This document shows positions 47,026 through 56,112 of a stretch of 64,000 nucleotides of DNA, one piece after another; positions within the stretch are counted from its first letter, which is position 1; the number at the start of each line of letters is the position of its first letter. The DNA is taken from the NCBI GenBank assembly GCA_038153405.1, contig JAYOYH010000008.1, positions 59,398-123,397 on the forward strand, read 5' to 3'. Made by a program: the position numbers and the translations under genes. Below the pieces are notes generated by a model. The model did not search any database. It was not told where the DNA came from and saw nothing but the letters and a program-made list of their open reading frames with translations. This stretch comes from Gemmatimonadota bacterium. Its GTDB lineage: Bacteria > Latescibacterota > UBA2968 > UBA8231.

Positions 47026-49440
47026 TTAAAATAGCAGCACGGAAACCGACTTCTGAATGAGCGCTATACCGACGGATGCCATGCCCATAAGGGCCATGCC
47101 GCAGGCAAAGCCCACCGCTAAAATCGGCGCGTACTGGCGCCACTGCTGGCGCCCGTACTTGTTCCAGAAATAGTAGCGGGCCAGCAGAGCACCAATCACC
47201 TCGGTGACGATAAAGTGCGGCAAGACCGTAAGCGAGCGCACAAAGCCAAAGATGAGCAGCACGGGCAGGCCGAGCACGGAGAGCAGAGCAAAACTGACAA
47301 TGCCAAACCCCGCACCAATAGCTATGACATCGGGCTTGAGCGCACGGAACAGCCATGGCTCATCCGTCGAGCGCTGGATCCAGGACGAGGTGAACAGCGG
47401 GTCAGTATCGACTTCAAAATAGTAGTGCCAACCGCTTGGAACGGCCGCATCGGCGCGCACCTTCAGCATCGGTCGCGGATCGCGCACTACGGTGTCCATT
47501 ACCGGCCCTAGCGGACCGAGCATCGGCAACCCCCCGGCTATTTCCTCGCTGGGATCGCTGGCGTCGCGCAGAAAGCGGTCGGCGGCGATATCCGGTTCAC
47601 CCGTTTCAAAGTGCGTATAGAAAACCTGTGTTTCCGACCACGATCCCACCTTGCCGAACTTGCCACCGCTTTCTAACCACTCATCGTCGACCAAGCGCGC
47701 ACGCCAGTACCACCACTCGTCTTCTATCAGATTGGCAGGTGTCCAATCGGCTTGCTGTGCCGTCATGTTGAGCTCGCTGCGCATGGTCCCCGTTATAAAG
47801 AGACACTGCTGGTAGGCGCGCAGACGCCAGATCAACTGGGCGTAGGGATACGAAGCAGAGGGAATCGGCGCCAGTTTCCATATATAGGAGCCGTAGAGAA
47901 AGCTGGTGAATAAAATTACGGGAACCATGAAAATCTCGGCGCGCATAATGCTGGTGAACTTGGTGCCCGTTAGCTCGATCTCGCGAAACTTCTGCGTCTG
48001 CGCACCATAGTTGCCTATCGGAAAGGGAATAAACCAGATATCGACGCCGCGATAACCCGAGAGAATAATCGTCGCCTCGCGCACAAAGGGAATTTCCACC
48101 GTCTGGCCCACCAAGCCCACCAAGCGCGCGTTGACAAACGACTGAAAGGGCGTGAATACAAAGCCGAAGAAGAGGAAAAACCAAATGAATTGACTAAAGC
48201 CAGGAAGCAGCCAGGCGGCGATGCCGATCAGCGCCGTCGTCGCCAACGAGTAGAGTCCCAAGGCTATCCAAATGGAAAAATCGCCGCGCCCCTCGGGCAC
48301 GGCAAAGCTGCGGCGATCACCGCTATCGACATCCGAGGCCCGCGAACGGCGCACGCCCTGCACTACCTGATAAATGCCAATCAGCGCTATGGCAATCGTG
48401 GTGCCAATGCCAAAGCTCATCCAGAAGTCGACGTTATTGACAAAGAAGGTATCGATCGTACCCATGCCCTGTCGCCACAGCGTCAGGTAGGGTTCATCGC
48501 GCCAAGGCGGCGTGTAGATATAGAGAATTGGATTGGCTATCGCCGCTACGCACACGCCTATAAACGTGCCAATAACGCCCCAAAATGGAACGACGAGCCC
48601 GGCAAAAATCGGCCCGAGGTGCGCGGTAAAGCCCAGCGGCGTAGCGGGAATGAAATTGCCCGTCACCTGGGTGAAATCGACAAAGGGAATGGGAATGAGC
48701 TGAATCGGCTCGGTCAGCAGCGCCCCCGTAATGGCCGGCAGCGCTACATAGATCGTGCCAAACACCAGACCGATCATCGCCCCGGCAGAAAACACGCGCC
48801 AGCGCCAGGTCTCGGTCCCCTCCGTGGTTTCGGCCAGGGCCGTAGCGCCCTGCGCATTTACCGGCGCAAAGGGAAAGGGCAGGCGCTCGTAGTCGGAGTT
48901 GAGGCGAAACAGCGCATAGGACATCGTAAACCACGACACGCGCGATATGAGCATGCCGGCCACCAACAAGACAATGGGCATCAGCCAGTCGCGGTGCAGA
49001 AAGGTGCGCTCGATAATGGCCTCGGAGTCGGGCGATGGCGCCACCCAGGTCGGTATCAGATTGGTGATGCCGAACTGCTTGGCGGCCGGCGACTGCACCA
49101 AGTACTGATTGTAGAGCAGTCCATCAAATGCGCCTTCTGACCCAACAAGCGAAGAGGCAACATAAAAGAGGAGGTACACCTCTTGGCGCTTGAGCGTAGA
49201 AAAAGAGCGCTTGGTAATCTCGGCGAAGAGGATGATCGTCACCCACTCTGCAGCCGCCCCCATCGAGCCCCCAATCATCAGGCTCAAATACATATTGCCC
49301 GGCACCATGATGAACGCCACGAAGAATACGCCGAGGATGGCTTTTATCGTAAAGCCGTCCTCGAATTCGTCAGGGACCTGCATCAGATCCCTATACTCTT
49401 CGATCTCCTGGTTCGGGTTTCTCTTTTTTCTTTCGGCCAC
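47026..49440 (-). CDS. OPT-superfamily-like multi-pass membrane transporter with inserted soluble domain
   Basis: 'EDGFTIKAILG', 'LKRQE', 'YERLPFPFAPV', 'APILAVGFACG'; many TM helices; ~150-aa hydrophilic insert. Confidence 0.7.
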   Translation of the reverse strand: MAERKKRNPNQEIEEYRDLMQVPDEFEDGFTIKAILGVFFVAFIMVPGNMYLSLMIGGSMGAAAEWVTIILFAEITKRSFSTLKRQEVYLLFYVASSLVGSEGAFDGLLYNQYLVQSPAAKQFGITNLIPTWVAPSPDSEAIIERTFLHRDWLMPIVLLVAGMLISRVSWFTMSYALFRLNSDYERLPFPFAPVNAQGATALAETTEGTETWRWRVFSAGAMIGLVFGTIYVALPAITGALLTEPIQLIPIPFVDFTQVTGNFIPATPLGFTAHLGPIFAGLVVPFWGVIGTFIGVCVAAIANPILYIYTPPWRDEPYLTLWRQGMGTIDTFFVNNVDFWMSFGIGTTIAIALIGIYQVVQGVRRSRASDVDSGDRRSFAVPEGRGDFSIWIALGLYSLATTALIGIAAWLLPGFSQFIWFFLFFGFVFTPFQSFVNARLVGLVGQTVEIPFVREATIILSGYRGVDIWFIPFPIGNYGAQTQKFREIELTGTKFTSIMRAEIFMVPVILFTSFLYGSYIWKLAPIPSASYPYAQLIWRLRAYQQCLFITGTMRSELNMTAQQADWTPANLIEDEWWYWRARLVDDEWLESGGKFGKVGSWSETQVFYTHFETGEPDIAADRFLRDASDPSEEIAGGLPMLGPLGPVMDTVVRDPRPMLKVRADAAVPSGWHYYFEVDTDPLFTSSWIQRSTDEPWLFRALKPDVIAIGAGFGIVSFALLSVLGLPVLLIFGFVRSLTVLPHFIVTEVIGALLARYYFWNKYGRQQWRQYAPILAVGFACGMALMGMASVGIALIQKSVSVLLF

Positions 49441-49470
49441 GCGTTATTCCCTTATCCCTAAAAGTATTCC

Positions 49471-52400
49471 CTAAGCGGTTATTTCCTGGCGCACCCCTTC
49501 GAGCATATCGCTACCCTGGCGCCGATACTCCTCTTTGGCCTCGCCGTCGACGGTGCGCCAAATGAGGAATTGCTTGCGTATGACATTCATAAAGCGCTGG
49601 TTGACGCGCCGCCACGAAGCGTCTTCGCCGCTGAGCCGCTGCAGCCTCAGCTCAACCGAGTAGATATTGTGCTCGGCGTCTGGAATCGCGCGCAGTGTGA
49701 CGTGCTGACTAACGCCAAGATCAAAGGGTGCCAGCCAGATATTCATATCAATCGCATACGACGTGCCTGCCGGAATCTCTTCATACGAGAGTCTGGCCCC
49801 GTCGGTGTAAAAGGTGCCGATCGACTCCTCGCTGTACGAATCGAAATAGCCAATGAGAAATACGTTGAGCCCGAGCACCTCGTGTCCGCTGACGGTGAAG
49901 GGGAACTCAAAATTCCACTCGTCGCCTTCGGGCGGCGGCAGCTTCCACTTGCGCGTTACGTCGGGAACGGCCATCTGCGACGCCTTGCGCGCCGGATAGA
50001 TCGTAGAGAGCATCACCACGGCCATCACCATCATACAGGACAGCACGGCAGCTAACGACGAGTAGTTGAGTGTAAAACCAGCCAGCAGATCGAGCTCGAT
50101 CAGCACTTTGGCAATGATCTGACCGCTGAGGTAGCCGGCTACTACACCTAGGACCGAATAGACGCACGATTCGGCGATAAACAGCCAGGAAATATGCCCA
50201 GGCGCCAACCCTACCGACGAATAGATGCCAATCTCGCGAAAGCGCTCGTAGACGCTGCCCATCATCGTATTGAGCACAATCAGCGAGGCAATTAAGATGG
50301 GGATAAACAGGTTGCTCATACCCGAAAAAGACGTTAGGCCCAGCGACGAGTAGATCGAAACTTTGATGTATTCGTCGCCGGTTTCTTTTATGCCGGCAAA
50401 GAGCGTCACGGCAAGGCGCGAGAGAAAGTTCTCCACCTCAGCGCGCTCGTCGATGCCCTCGTTAAAGCGCACGGCGACCGACTGCAGCGGGTTGCCGCTG
50501 CCGATATTGCGCAGTGTCTCATAGGGAACGATCAGCGTATTGGCAGGCTCCAAGTGAACAAATGGCTTTATAACGACTTTCGTATCTTCCAAGCCCTGTT
50601 TTTCGCGCTGCTCTTCCTCGGCCATTTCCTGCACCGCCTGCCCGCCCGTCACGGCAAAGTCGGCCGGCGTCAGAATTTCGTCATCGAGGTCCTTGAGGTC
50701 TTTAATGCGGCGCGAATCGAGCACACCGATCACCGTAAAGTAGTCGCCAAATACGCGAACCTGCGCCGTGCCTACTTCTTCGAGCGGAATATTCAAATTG
50801 CCGGAGGCGATCATATCGCTGGGCAGGATACACACTTTTTTCTCGCCCGGCTCAAACCAGCGCCCGGCGATAAGCGCCCGGTCGAGGGCCATAATATCGC
50901 GCTCTTGGGGGGTCAGGCCCAGCACGCCGAGCGCATTGTGCGCGTAATCGCCGTGCTTCATCTTGATGTGTGCTTTAGACTTGTTGCTGTACCAGCTGCG
51001 CGGCGCGACGGTGCCAACCTCGGCGAAATTGCTCAACGCGTAGTCGAGGACCGAATCCTCCATCGGATTCCATGCCTTACTGCGAATTAAAATGCCTTCG
51101 TAGAGCCCTTCGTTGTCGCGTTGAATCTGGTTAAAGCGCATCCCCGTGCGAATCGAGGTAAACGACAGCACCGTAAAGGTGAGCAACAGTAGAGTTAGGA
51201 AGGTGAGTATCGTTCGCGTCTTGCGCCGCTTCATATTGGATATGCCGAGCTGAAAGGCGGTCAACGAAGCGCTGGAGCGACTGACGTCCGTATCGTGGAT
51301 CACCGCCACTTCGGTGCGCAACTTTTTCATTTGCTCGTTAAAGCGCCCCGATATAATCGATATGACCAATACGGCCAGCGCAATAATTATGAAGGCCAGT
51401 AGTATGACAAATGGGTTGGATAATTGGAAGGCCGGGTGGACCAACCACAGCACGGTCCAGATGGTCATAAATACGCCAATAAAACCCAGTATCTGATTTT
51501 TGATCGTCGACGCCGTTATGATCAACCGCTCGGTGAAAAATGCGCAGGGAATAACCAACGCCATAAAGAAGATGATGCCCTGCACGACGTCGTTCTGGGT
51601 CGACTTCACGTCGGGATAGGCGCGCGATTCAAGGCCAAATGCAGCGCGCGTGTGGCGCACAAAATCACCCCAGCGCATCTCGCTCTGCGCCTTGTCGGCC
51701 GCGTCTAACTCGACGCGTGCACGCTCATGCAAATCGTTGAGGCGCTGGTTTTCAATGGCAAAGCTTTTCAACTCGCGCATGCGCGACTCGTCGAGCATCC
51801 ACATATCCTTGGCCGCTTGGTAAGTCGTGCGCGCAAAGGACACGCCGGAGCGAATATCGAAGCCTTCGCCTTCGGCCTTGCTCTTGTCGGTCACGCTAGT
51901 CGCATTGAGCAGCAGCGAGCGAAAACCCAATAACCCTGCACCAAAGCCCATCTTGATGCGCGAACCCGGACGGGCGAAGAGCACGCCGACCGGCTCGTTG
52001 GCCGCCGAGGGCCCCTCCCCCGTTGTAAAACCGTACTCGACGGGCGCGCTATTGGACTCGTCGAACACGCTCACCGCACTCAGCTTGGTCAAATAGCGGG
52101 GGTCGACAATATCGAAAAAGTTATAGGCCACGCAGGGGAAGAGAATCACCATCCACTCTTTGTCGCGCCAGTCCATGGTCACCAGCATGGGATACGCTTC
52201 GTCGCCCTGCACGCCCTTGTCCGGCGCATAGACGATGCTGCCGGTGATCGGGTCCATGTAGTACCCTTCTACCTGAACGCGATTCACGCGCACGCGATTG
52301 ACATAGAAGGAACCCGTCTCGTCTACGAGCTCGAAATACTCTCCGCGCACGCCCTTATACGATTTCTTCTTGCCGTTGCGCACCGCAGCCACAGCGCCGG

Positions 52401-54237
52401 TGCGCGGCAGGTCGGGAACGATGCTGCGGCGCGGAAAGACCATCGTGCGCCCGGTCAGCGAGCGCAAATTATCGCGCAGGCGCATCTTGAAGTCGGGAAA
52501 GAGCTCCGGGTCTTCAAAGGCCATGTGGAACATGCCGGCCAGCATGCGAATCTGCTTCGAGAGGTTTTCGTAGTTGACCTTGTCGGCGCGGTCGAGCGGC
52601 GTGTCGACGAGGAAGCGCGCGTCGTTGACGGTAACAAAGGCCAGAGCCGGGGTCCCGGTAGCCAGCACCAGCTCGCTGTTGACCGAAATTTCGCCCGGCA
52701 CGAACGTCGACCAACTCATGCCGCCTTCCGGACTAATGCCGTTAACCAAAACGTCGCGGCGTTGATAGTCTAGCTCGTGGCTAATCTCTTGGGCATAGCG
52801 CATGAAGTTCTTGCCAAAGGGGGCAAAGTAGCGCTTATAGTAGAACGAGCTATTGCTGTTCCACACACCCAACTCGTCGGTCTGCGTGGAAAGGTCCAAG
52901 CTGATAAAGAGCTTGACCTGCAGCGAGTCCACTTTGGGATCGACCCACTGGCGGAATAGTTGTAGGCGCACATCCTCGTCCGACAGGGCCTCTTTCTTTA
53001 GTTCGTCTCCGCCCGCAAAGCGCTCGTCACCAACGACGAGGGCGTTGCCCTCACTGCGGACTAAGCCGTCGGCTACCGCATCGTCGACGATGCGCCCGAT
53101 CAGCACCTCGTCGCCTTTGACTATGTGGCGCACCAGCGCCTCTTTGCCGGTGAACTCCTCGCGCCCCAACTTGTACTGGATGCCGTCTTTGTCGATCAGG
53201 TTGCGCGCCAACGCCGCATCGACGACGCGACGAACGAGCATGTGGTCGATAAACGGGTCTTCTTTGCGCAGATAGCGCTGGATAAAGTCGTCGACGCCGC
53301 GCAGACCTAGGTGGTGGGCTGACGTAGCCAGGAATACGATGGTGCGCGCCGGCGGATGTTCGCGAAAATAGCGCGCCAGTTCCAACAGGGCCGTGGCGCT
53401 GGCCGCCTGCTCAGCGCCGGGCGCCAGCGATGGCACGACGGACATCGCATCGTAATACCCCTCGAGGACGACCACGTCTTCCTTCAGCAGCGGATCGGAA
53501 CCCGGTATGGTCCCCATTACGTTCCAGGCAGGGCGCCGCTCCCAGTCCATGCGATAGGCCAACTTGGCCGGCAGCGACGGTTCGACCGCCAGTCGCTCGC
53601 GCAGTCGTTGGCCATCGGCCTTGCTCACCCAAAAGCGAGGCACGTCGAGCGGCATGGAGAGGAACTTCTTTTCCCCTTCCAGATAGACCGTCGAATCGGG
53701 TTCGATAAAAATCAGGGCGCTGGCACCGAGATAGGCCGCATTGAGCCAGGCGTCGCCGGAGTTGAAGTCCATTAGGACGGCAGCGCCCTCGACTTCAAAG
53801 CCGTCCATTGCCGAGTACTCCCCTCTACCCGCATCGATGAGCGGCGCTTCTATGCCGCCTTCGGGCAATGTAGAGGTCTTTACCAGATTGGGCCAGATGC
53901 CGTGCAGCCGCACGGCATCGCCCGTCGACGGCAGTGAAAGCTCACCGCCCTTGTCGATCGGTATGGATACGTCGTATTCGTGAATGGTAATTTCGTCGAG
54001 ACCGATCTCGCGGAAATTGTCCTGAATAAAGCGCGCAGCCTCGTCGGCGCCCGGGTAGCCCACGACGCGAGACCCGAAGCCTGCCAGATGACCGAGCGTC
54101 TGCTGCACGCGCGCCGTGGGTGCCGCCTGCGCCAGTTCGGCAAAGTCGACCTCGGCTGCGGCCCAGTGGGGCCATGTAACCGCCACGGTGCTCAACAGCA
54201 GAGCAAAGCACCTGGTCAGGAAGTCTATCTTTTTCAA
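49471..54237 (-). CDS. Exported M28/PA-like domain fused to multi-TM region and MacB/FtsX-type ABC permease
   Basis: Signal peptide; 'LAGFGSRVVGYPGADEAARFI', 'NVMGTIPG', 'LLELAR' (M28 fold); 'SNMKRRKTRTILT', 'LIAGRWF', 'VLNTMMGSVYERFREIGIYSSVG', 'YPARKAS' (MacB/FtsX). Confidence 0.85.
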   Translation of the reverse strand: MKKIDFLTRCFALLLSTVAVTWPHWAAAEVDFAELAQAAPTARVQQTLGHLAGFGSRVVGYPGADEAARFIQDNFREIGLDEITIHEYDVSIPIDKGGELSLPSTGDAVRLHGIWPNLVKTSTLPEGGIEAPLIDAGRGEYSAMDGFEVEGAAVLMDFNSGDAWLNAAYLGASALIFIEPDSTVYLEGEKKFLSMPLDVPRFWVSKADGQRLRERLAVEPSLPAKLAYRMDWERRPAWNVMGTIPGSDPLLKEDVVVLEGYYDAMSVVPSLAPGAEQAASATALLELARYFREHPPARTIVFLATSAHHLGLRGVDDFIQRYLRKEDPFIDHMLVRRVVDAALARNLIDKDGIQYKLGREEFTGKEALVRHIVKGDEVLIGRIVDDAVADGLVRSEGNALVVGDERFAGGDELKKEALSDEDVRLQLFRQWVDPKVDSLQVKLFISLDLSTQTDELGVWNSNSSFYYKRYFAPFGKNFMRYAQEISHELDYQRRDVLVNGISPEGGMSWSTFVPGEISVNSELVLATGTPALAFVTVNDARFLVDTPLDRADKVNYENLSKQIRMLAGMFHMAFEDPELFPDFKMRLRDNLRSLTGRTMVFPRRSIVPDLPRTGAVAAVRNGKKKSYKGVRGEYFELVDETGSFYVNRVRVNRVQVEGYYMDPITGSIVYAPDKGVQGDEAYPMLVTMDWRDKEWMVILFPCVAYNFFDIVDPRYLTKLSAVSVFDESNSAPVEYGFTTGEGPSAANEPVGVLFARPGSRIKMGFGAGLLGFRSLLLNATSVTDKSKAEGEGFDIRSGVSFARTTYQAAKDMWMLDESRMRELKSFAIENQRLNDLHERARVELDAADKAQSEMRWGDFVRHTRAAFGLESRAYPDVKSTQNDVVQGIIFFMALVIPCAFFTERLIITASTIKNQILGFIGVFMTIWTVLWLVHPAFQLSNPFVILLAFIIIALAVLVISIISGRFNEQMKKLRTEVAVIHDTDVSRSSASLTAFQLGISNMKRRKTRTILTFLTLLLLTFTVLSFTSIRTGMRFNQIQRDNEGLYEGILIRSKAWNPMEDSVLDYALSNFAEVGTVAPRSWYSNKSKAHIKMKHGDYAHNALGVLGLTPQERDIMALDRALIAGRWFEPGEKKVCILPSDMIASGNLNIPLEEVGTAQVRVFGDYFTVIGVLDSRRIKDLKDLDDEILTPADFAVTGGQAVQEMAEEEQREKQGLEDTKVVIKPFVHLEPANTLIVPYETLRNIGSGNPLQSVAVRFNEGIDERAEVENFLSRLAVTLFAGIKETGDEYIKVSIYSSLGLTSFSGMSNLFIPILIASLIVLNTMMGSVYERFREIGIYSSVGLAPGHISWLFIAESCVYSVLGVVAGYLSGQIIAKVLIELDLLAGFTLNYSSLAAVLSCMMVMAVVMLSTIYPARKASQMAVPDVTRKWKLPPPEGDEWNFEFPFTVSGHEVLGLNVFLIGYFDSYSEESIGTFYTDGARLSYEEIPAGTSYAIDMNIWLAPFDLGVSQHVTLRAIPDAEHNIYSVELRLQRLSGEDASWRRVNQRFMNVIRKQFLIWRTVDGEAKEEYRRQGSDMLEGVRQEITA

Positions 54238-54360
54238 ATTTGCATACCCCGTTTTCGACGTGTTCCCCTACGAGTCGTGCTAATATAAACAAAAGACGAT
54301 CGAGTTCCACCTCAAAGCCACCGCGCAGCGCGGGTCGACGCCGCCCGAGGCCTCCACTGC

Positions 54361-54882
54361 TTACCCATCGCGGCGCGCGGCGATCCAAGCGGAGCGCACA
54401 CCGATCCAATGGGCCAATAGGCCGATTAAGATACCGCTTATCAAGGCGCCGAGCAACGCAATCGGCAGGAGGCGAAACACGCCCAACTGACCAATGTAGA
54501 TGTAGGCCAGAACGAGTTGGGCCAGCTGGTGGGCCAGTGCGCCCCAGATTGCCAGACCGACCGGGCTGAATAGGCGCCGCGCCACCGACCACACCGCCGA
54601 CATAACGAGCCAGCTGCACGCGCCGGCGCCTCCGCCTATGAAAAAGGCCGGCCCGGCCAGCGCCCCACTCAATAGGCCACCCAGCAGCAGCTTGAGTACG
54701 CTGACGATTAGGGCAGCCACCGGACCGTAGGCCATAAGCGCCAGCACGACGGGTAAATTACCCAGACCTAGCTTCATCCATGGGAGCGGGCGCGGCGCTA
54801 GCCCCTCGAAGACATAGAGCACGACAGCGGCGGCGGCCAGCAAGCTAATGCGCGCAATGCGCTGCGTGTTCGTAGCCACCAT
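54361..54882 (-). CDS. Gx transporter family / heptaprenyl diphosphate synthase component I-like membrane protein
   Basis: 'FEGLAPRPLPWMKLGLGN', 'FSPVGLAIWGALAHQLAQL'. Confidence 0.85.
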   Translation of the reverse strand: MVATNTQRIARISLLAAAAVVLYVFEGLAPRPLPWMKLGLGNLPVVLALMAYGPVAALIVSVLKLLLGGLLSGALAGPAFFIGGGAGACSWLVMSAVWSVARRLFSPVGLAIWGALAHQLAQLVLAYIYIGQLGVFRLLPIALLGALISGILIGLLAHWIGVRSAWIAARRDG

Positions 54883-55274
54883 CAGCGCACCACTGCGTCG
54901 ATACCGGCGTGTTCGCCCAAGAGCGTGAGGACTACCTTATTCGGCACGCAGACGATGGCGTCACCCCGGCGCAGGGCCCAACCGCGCAGCACGCAGCGCT
55001 GTTGGCGGCAGGGCGATGCGGTTATACGCACTCCCTGAGGCCCCACTTCGACTTGGCTGATGCCCAGCGGCCCGCCCACCGCATGCACCGCGCTTTCCGC
55101 CAGATCGTACACGCGGGCGGCCTCTCCGCTCTGCACGAGGACACGCCGCCCCGGTTCGGCGCGGTAGTCCAGAGCCAATAGTACGGCAATCACCGCGCTA
55201 AGACCAACGATAAGGAACCAGTCGGCTAGGGTGAGAAGCGCTATCCCAGCAGGTGATCTGCGGTCGTTATCCAC
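54882..55274 (-). CDS. NusG domain II-containing membrane-anchored protein
   Basis: 'GPLG', 'SPCRQQRCVLRGW', 'IVCVPNKV', terminal 'DAVVR'. Confidence 0.88.
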   Translation of the reverse strand: MDNDRRSPAGIALLTLADWFLIVGLSAVIAVLLALDYRAEPGRRVLVQSGEAARVYDLAESAVHAVGGPLGISQVEVGPQGVRITASPCRQQRCVLRGWALRRGDAIVCVPNKVVLTLLGEHAGIDAVVR

Positions 55275-55318
55275 ACTCCCCCTCCGCGTATATATCTCCT
55301 ACCCACATATAGACTTAC

Positions 55319-55347
55319 TTGACACTAAGTGCCAACTTTACTACACT
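55319..55347 (+). promoter_or_regulatory. Putative sigma70 promoter
   Basis: TTGACA-N17-TACACT upstream of 55397. Confidence 0.55.
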
Positions 55348-55396
55348 TGCTTTTTGAGAATTTCCCAATTTGTTGCCCTTCTAAAGGAGCGGGATT

Positions 55397-55708
55397 TTGG
55401 CCAATACCCTGGGTGAAACCATCCTACAACACCTCAAGTACGTCGAGGGTGTTGAGGGTGTCTTGGGACAATTTTATTATCTTAGCGATCCCGAAGCGTT
55501 GCAGCAAGGCATTGAGCGCTGGCTTTTGCAGACTCCCGAAGGGCGTGCATGGATGGACGGTCTGGGCTTTGTCAACAAAGAGGCCGTCATCAAAGTTATA
55601 GAGCAGATAGAGACTAACCTAGAGGAATCTAGCCGGGAGCTAGTGACGAAGATTCAAACGCTGCGTTCCTATGTGGATGCCAAGGGCACGACATCGCCCA
55701 TTTCCTAA
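55397..55708 (+). CDS. Hypothetical protein
   Basis: AAGGAG RBS before TTG start; promoter upstream; protein-like composition. Confidence 0.65.
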   Translation: MANTLGETILQHLKYVEGVEGVLGQFYYLSDPEALQQGIERWLLQTPEGRAWMDGLGFVNKEAVIKVIEQIETNLEESSRELVTKIQTLRSYVDAKGTTSPIS

Positions 55709-55785
55709 CCCTTCGCACTCTGCCACCGGCTCAGAGCACTCCGTAGCAAGCGGCGCTCGTCGCCGCGTTTCGAGTTGAGGATCTC

Positions 55786-56112
55786 ATGCCTTGGTTGATC
55801 GCAACCGTAGTCTGCGTCTGTGCAGCACTCATCATCCAGTATTTCTGCTCCAGCCGACTGCTGCATATGAAACAGCAGATCTCCATAAAGAACATGGCGT
55901 TGCGCGACGCGCGCGAGGAAGGCTCGCGGCTGGAGGGGCAAGAGACCGAGCTCAAGAACCAGCAAAAGAGCCTGGCCTACAGCATCCAGCGGCTGCGCAC
56001 AGATATCAAGCGCCTGCGCAATCAGATCCGGGACAAGGGTTTGGAAGTCCCTACGCCAACGTTTCCAGTCGAAGAACTGGAGGGCGGTAGCGAAGAAGAG
56101 GATGAAGCATGA
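55786..56112 (+). CDS. Small single-TM coiled-coil protein
   Basis: GAGGA RBS; N-terminal TM, heptad repeats, acidic tail. Confidence 0.7.
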   Translation: MPWLIATVVCVCAALIIQYFCSSRLLHMKQQISIKNMALRDAREEGSRLEGQETELKNQQKSLAYSIQRLRTDIKRLRNQIRDKGLEVPTPTFPVEELEGGSEEEDEA

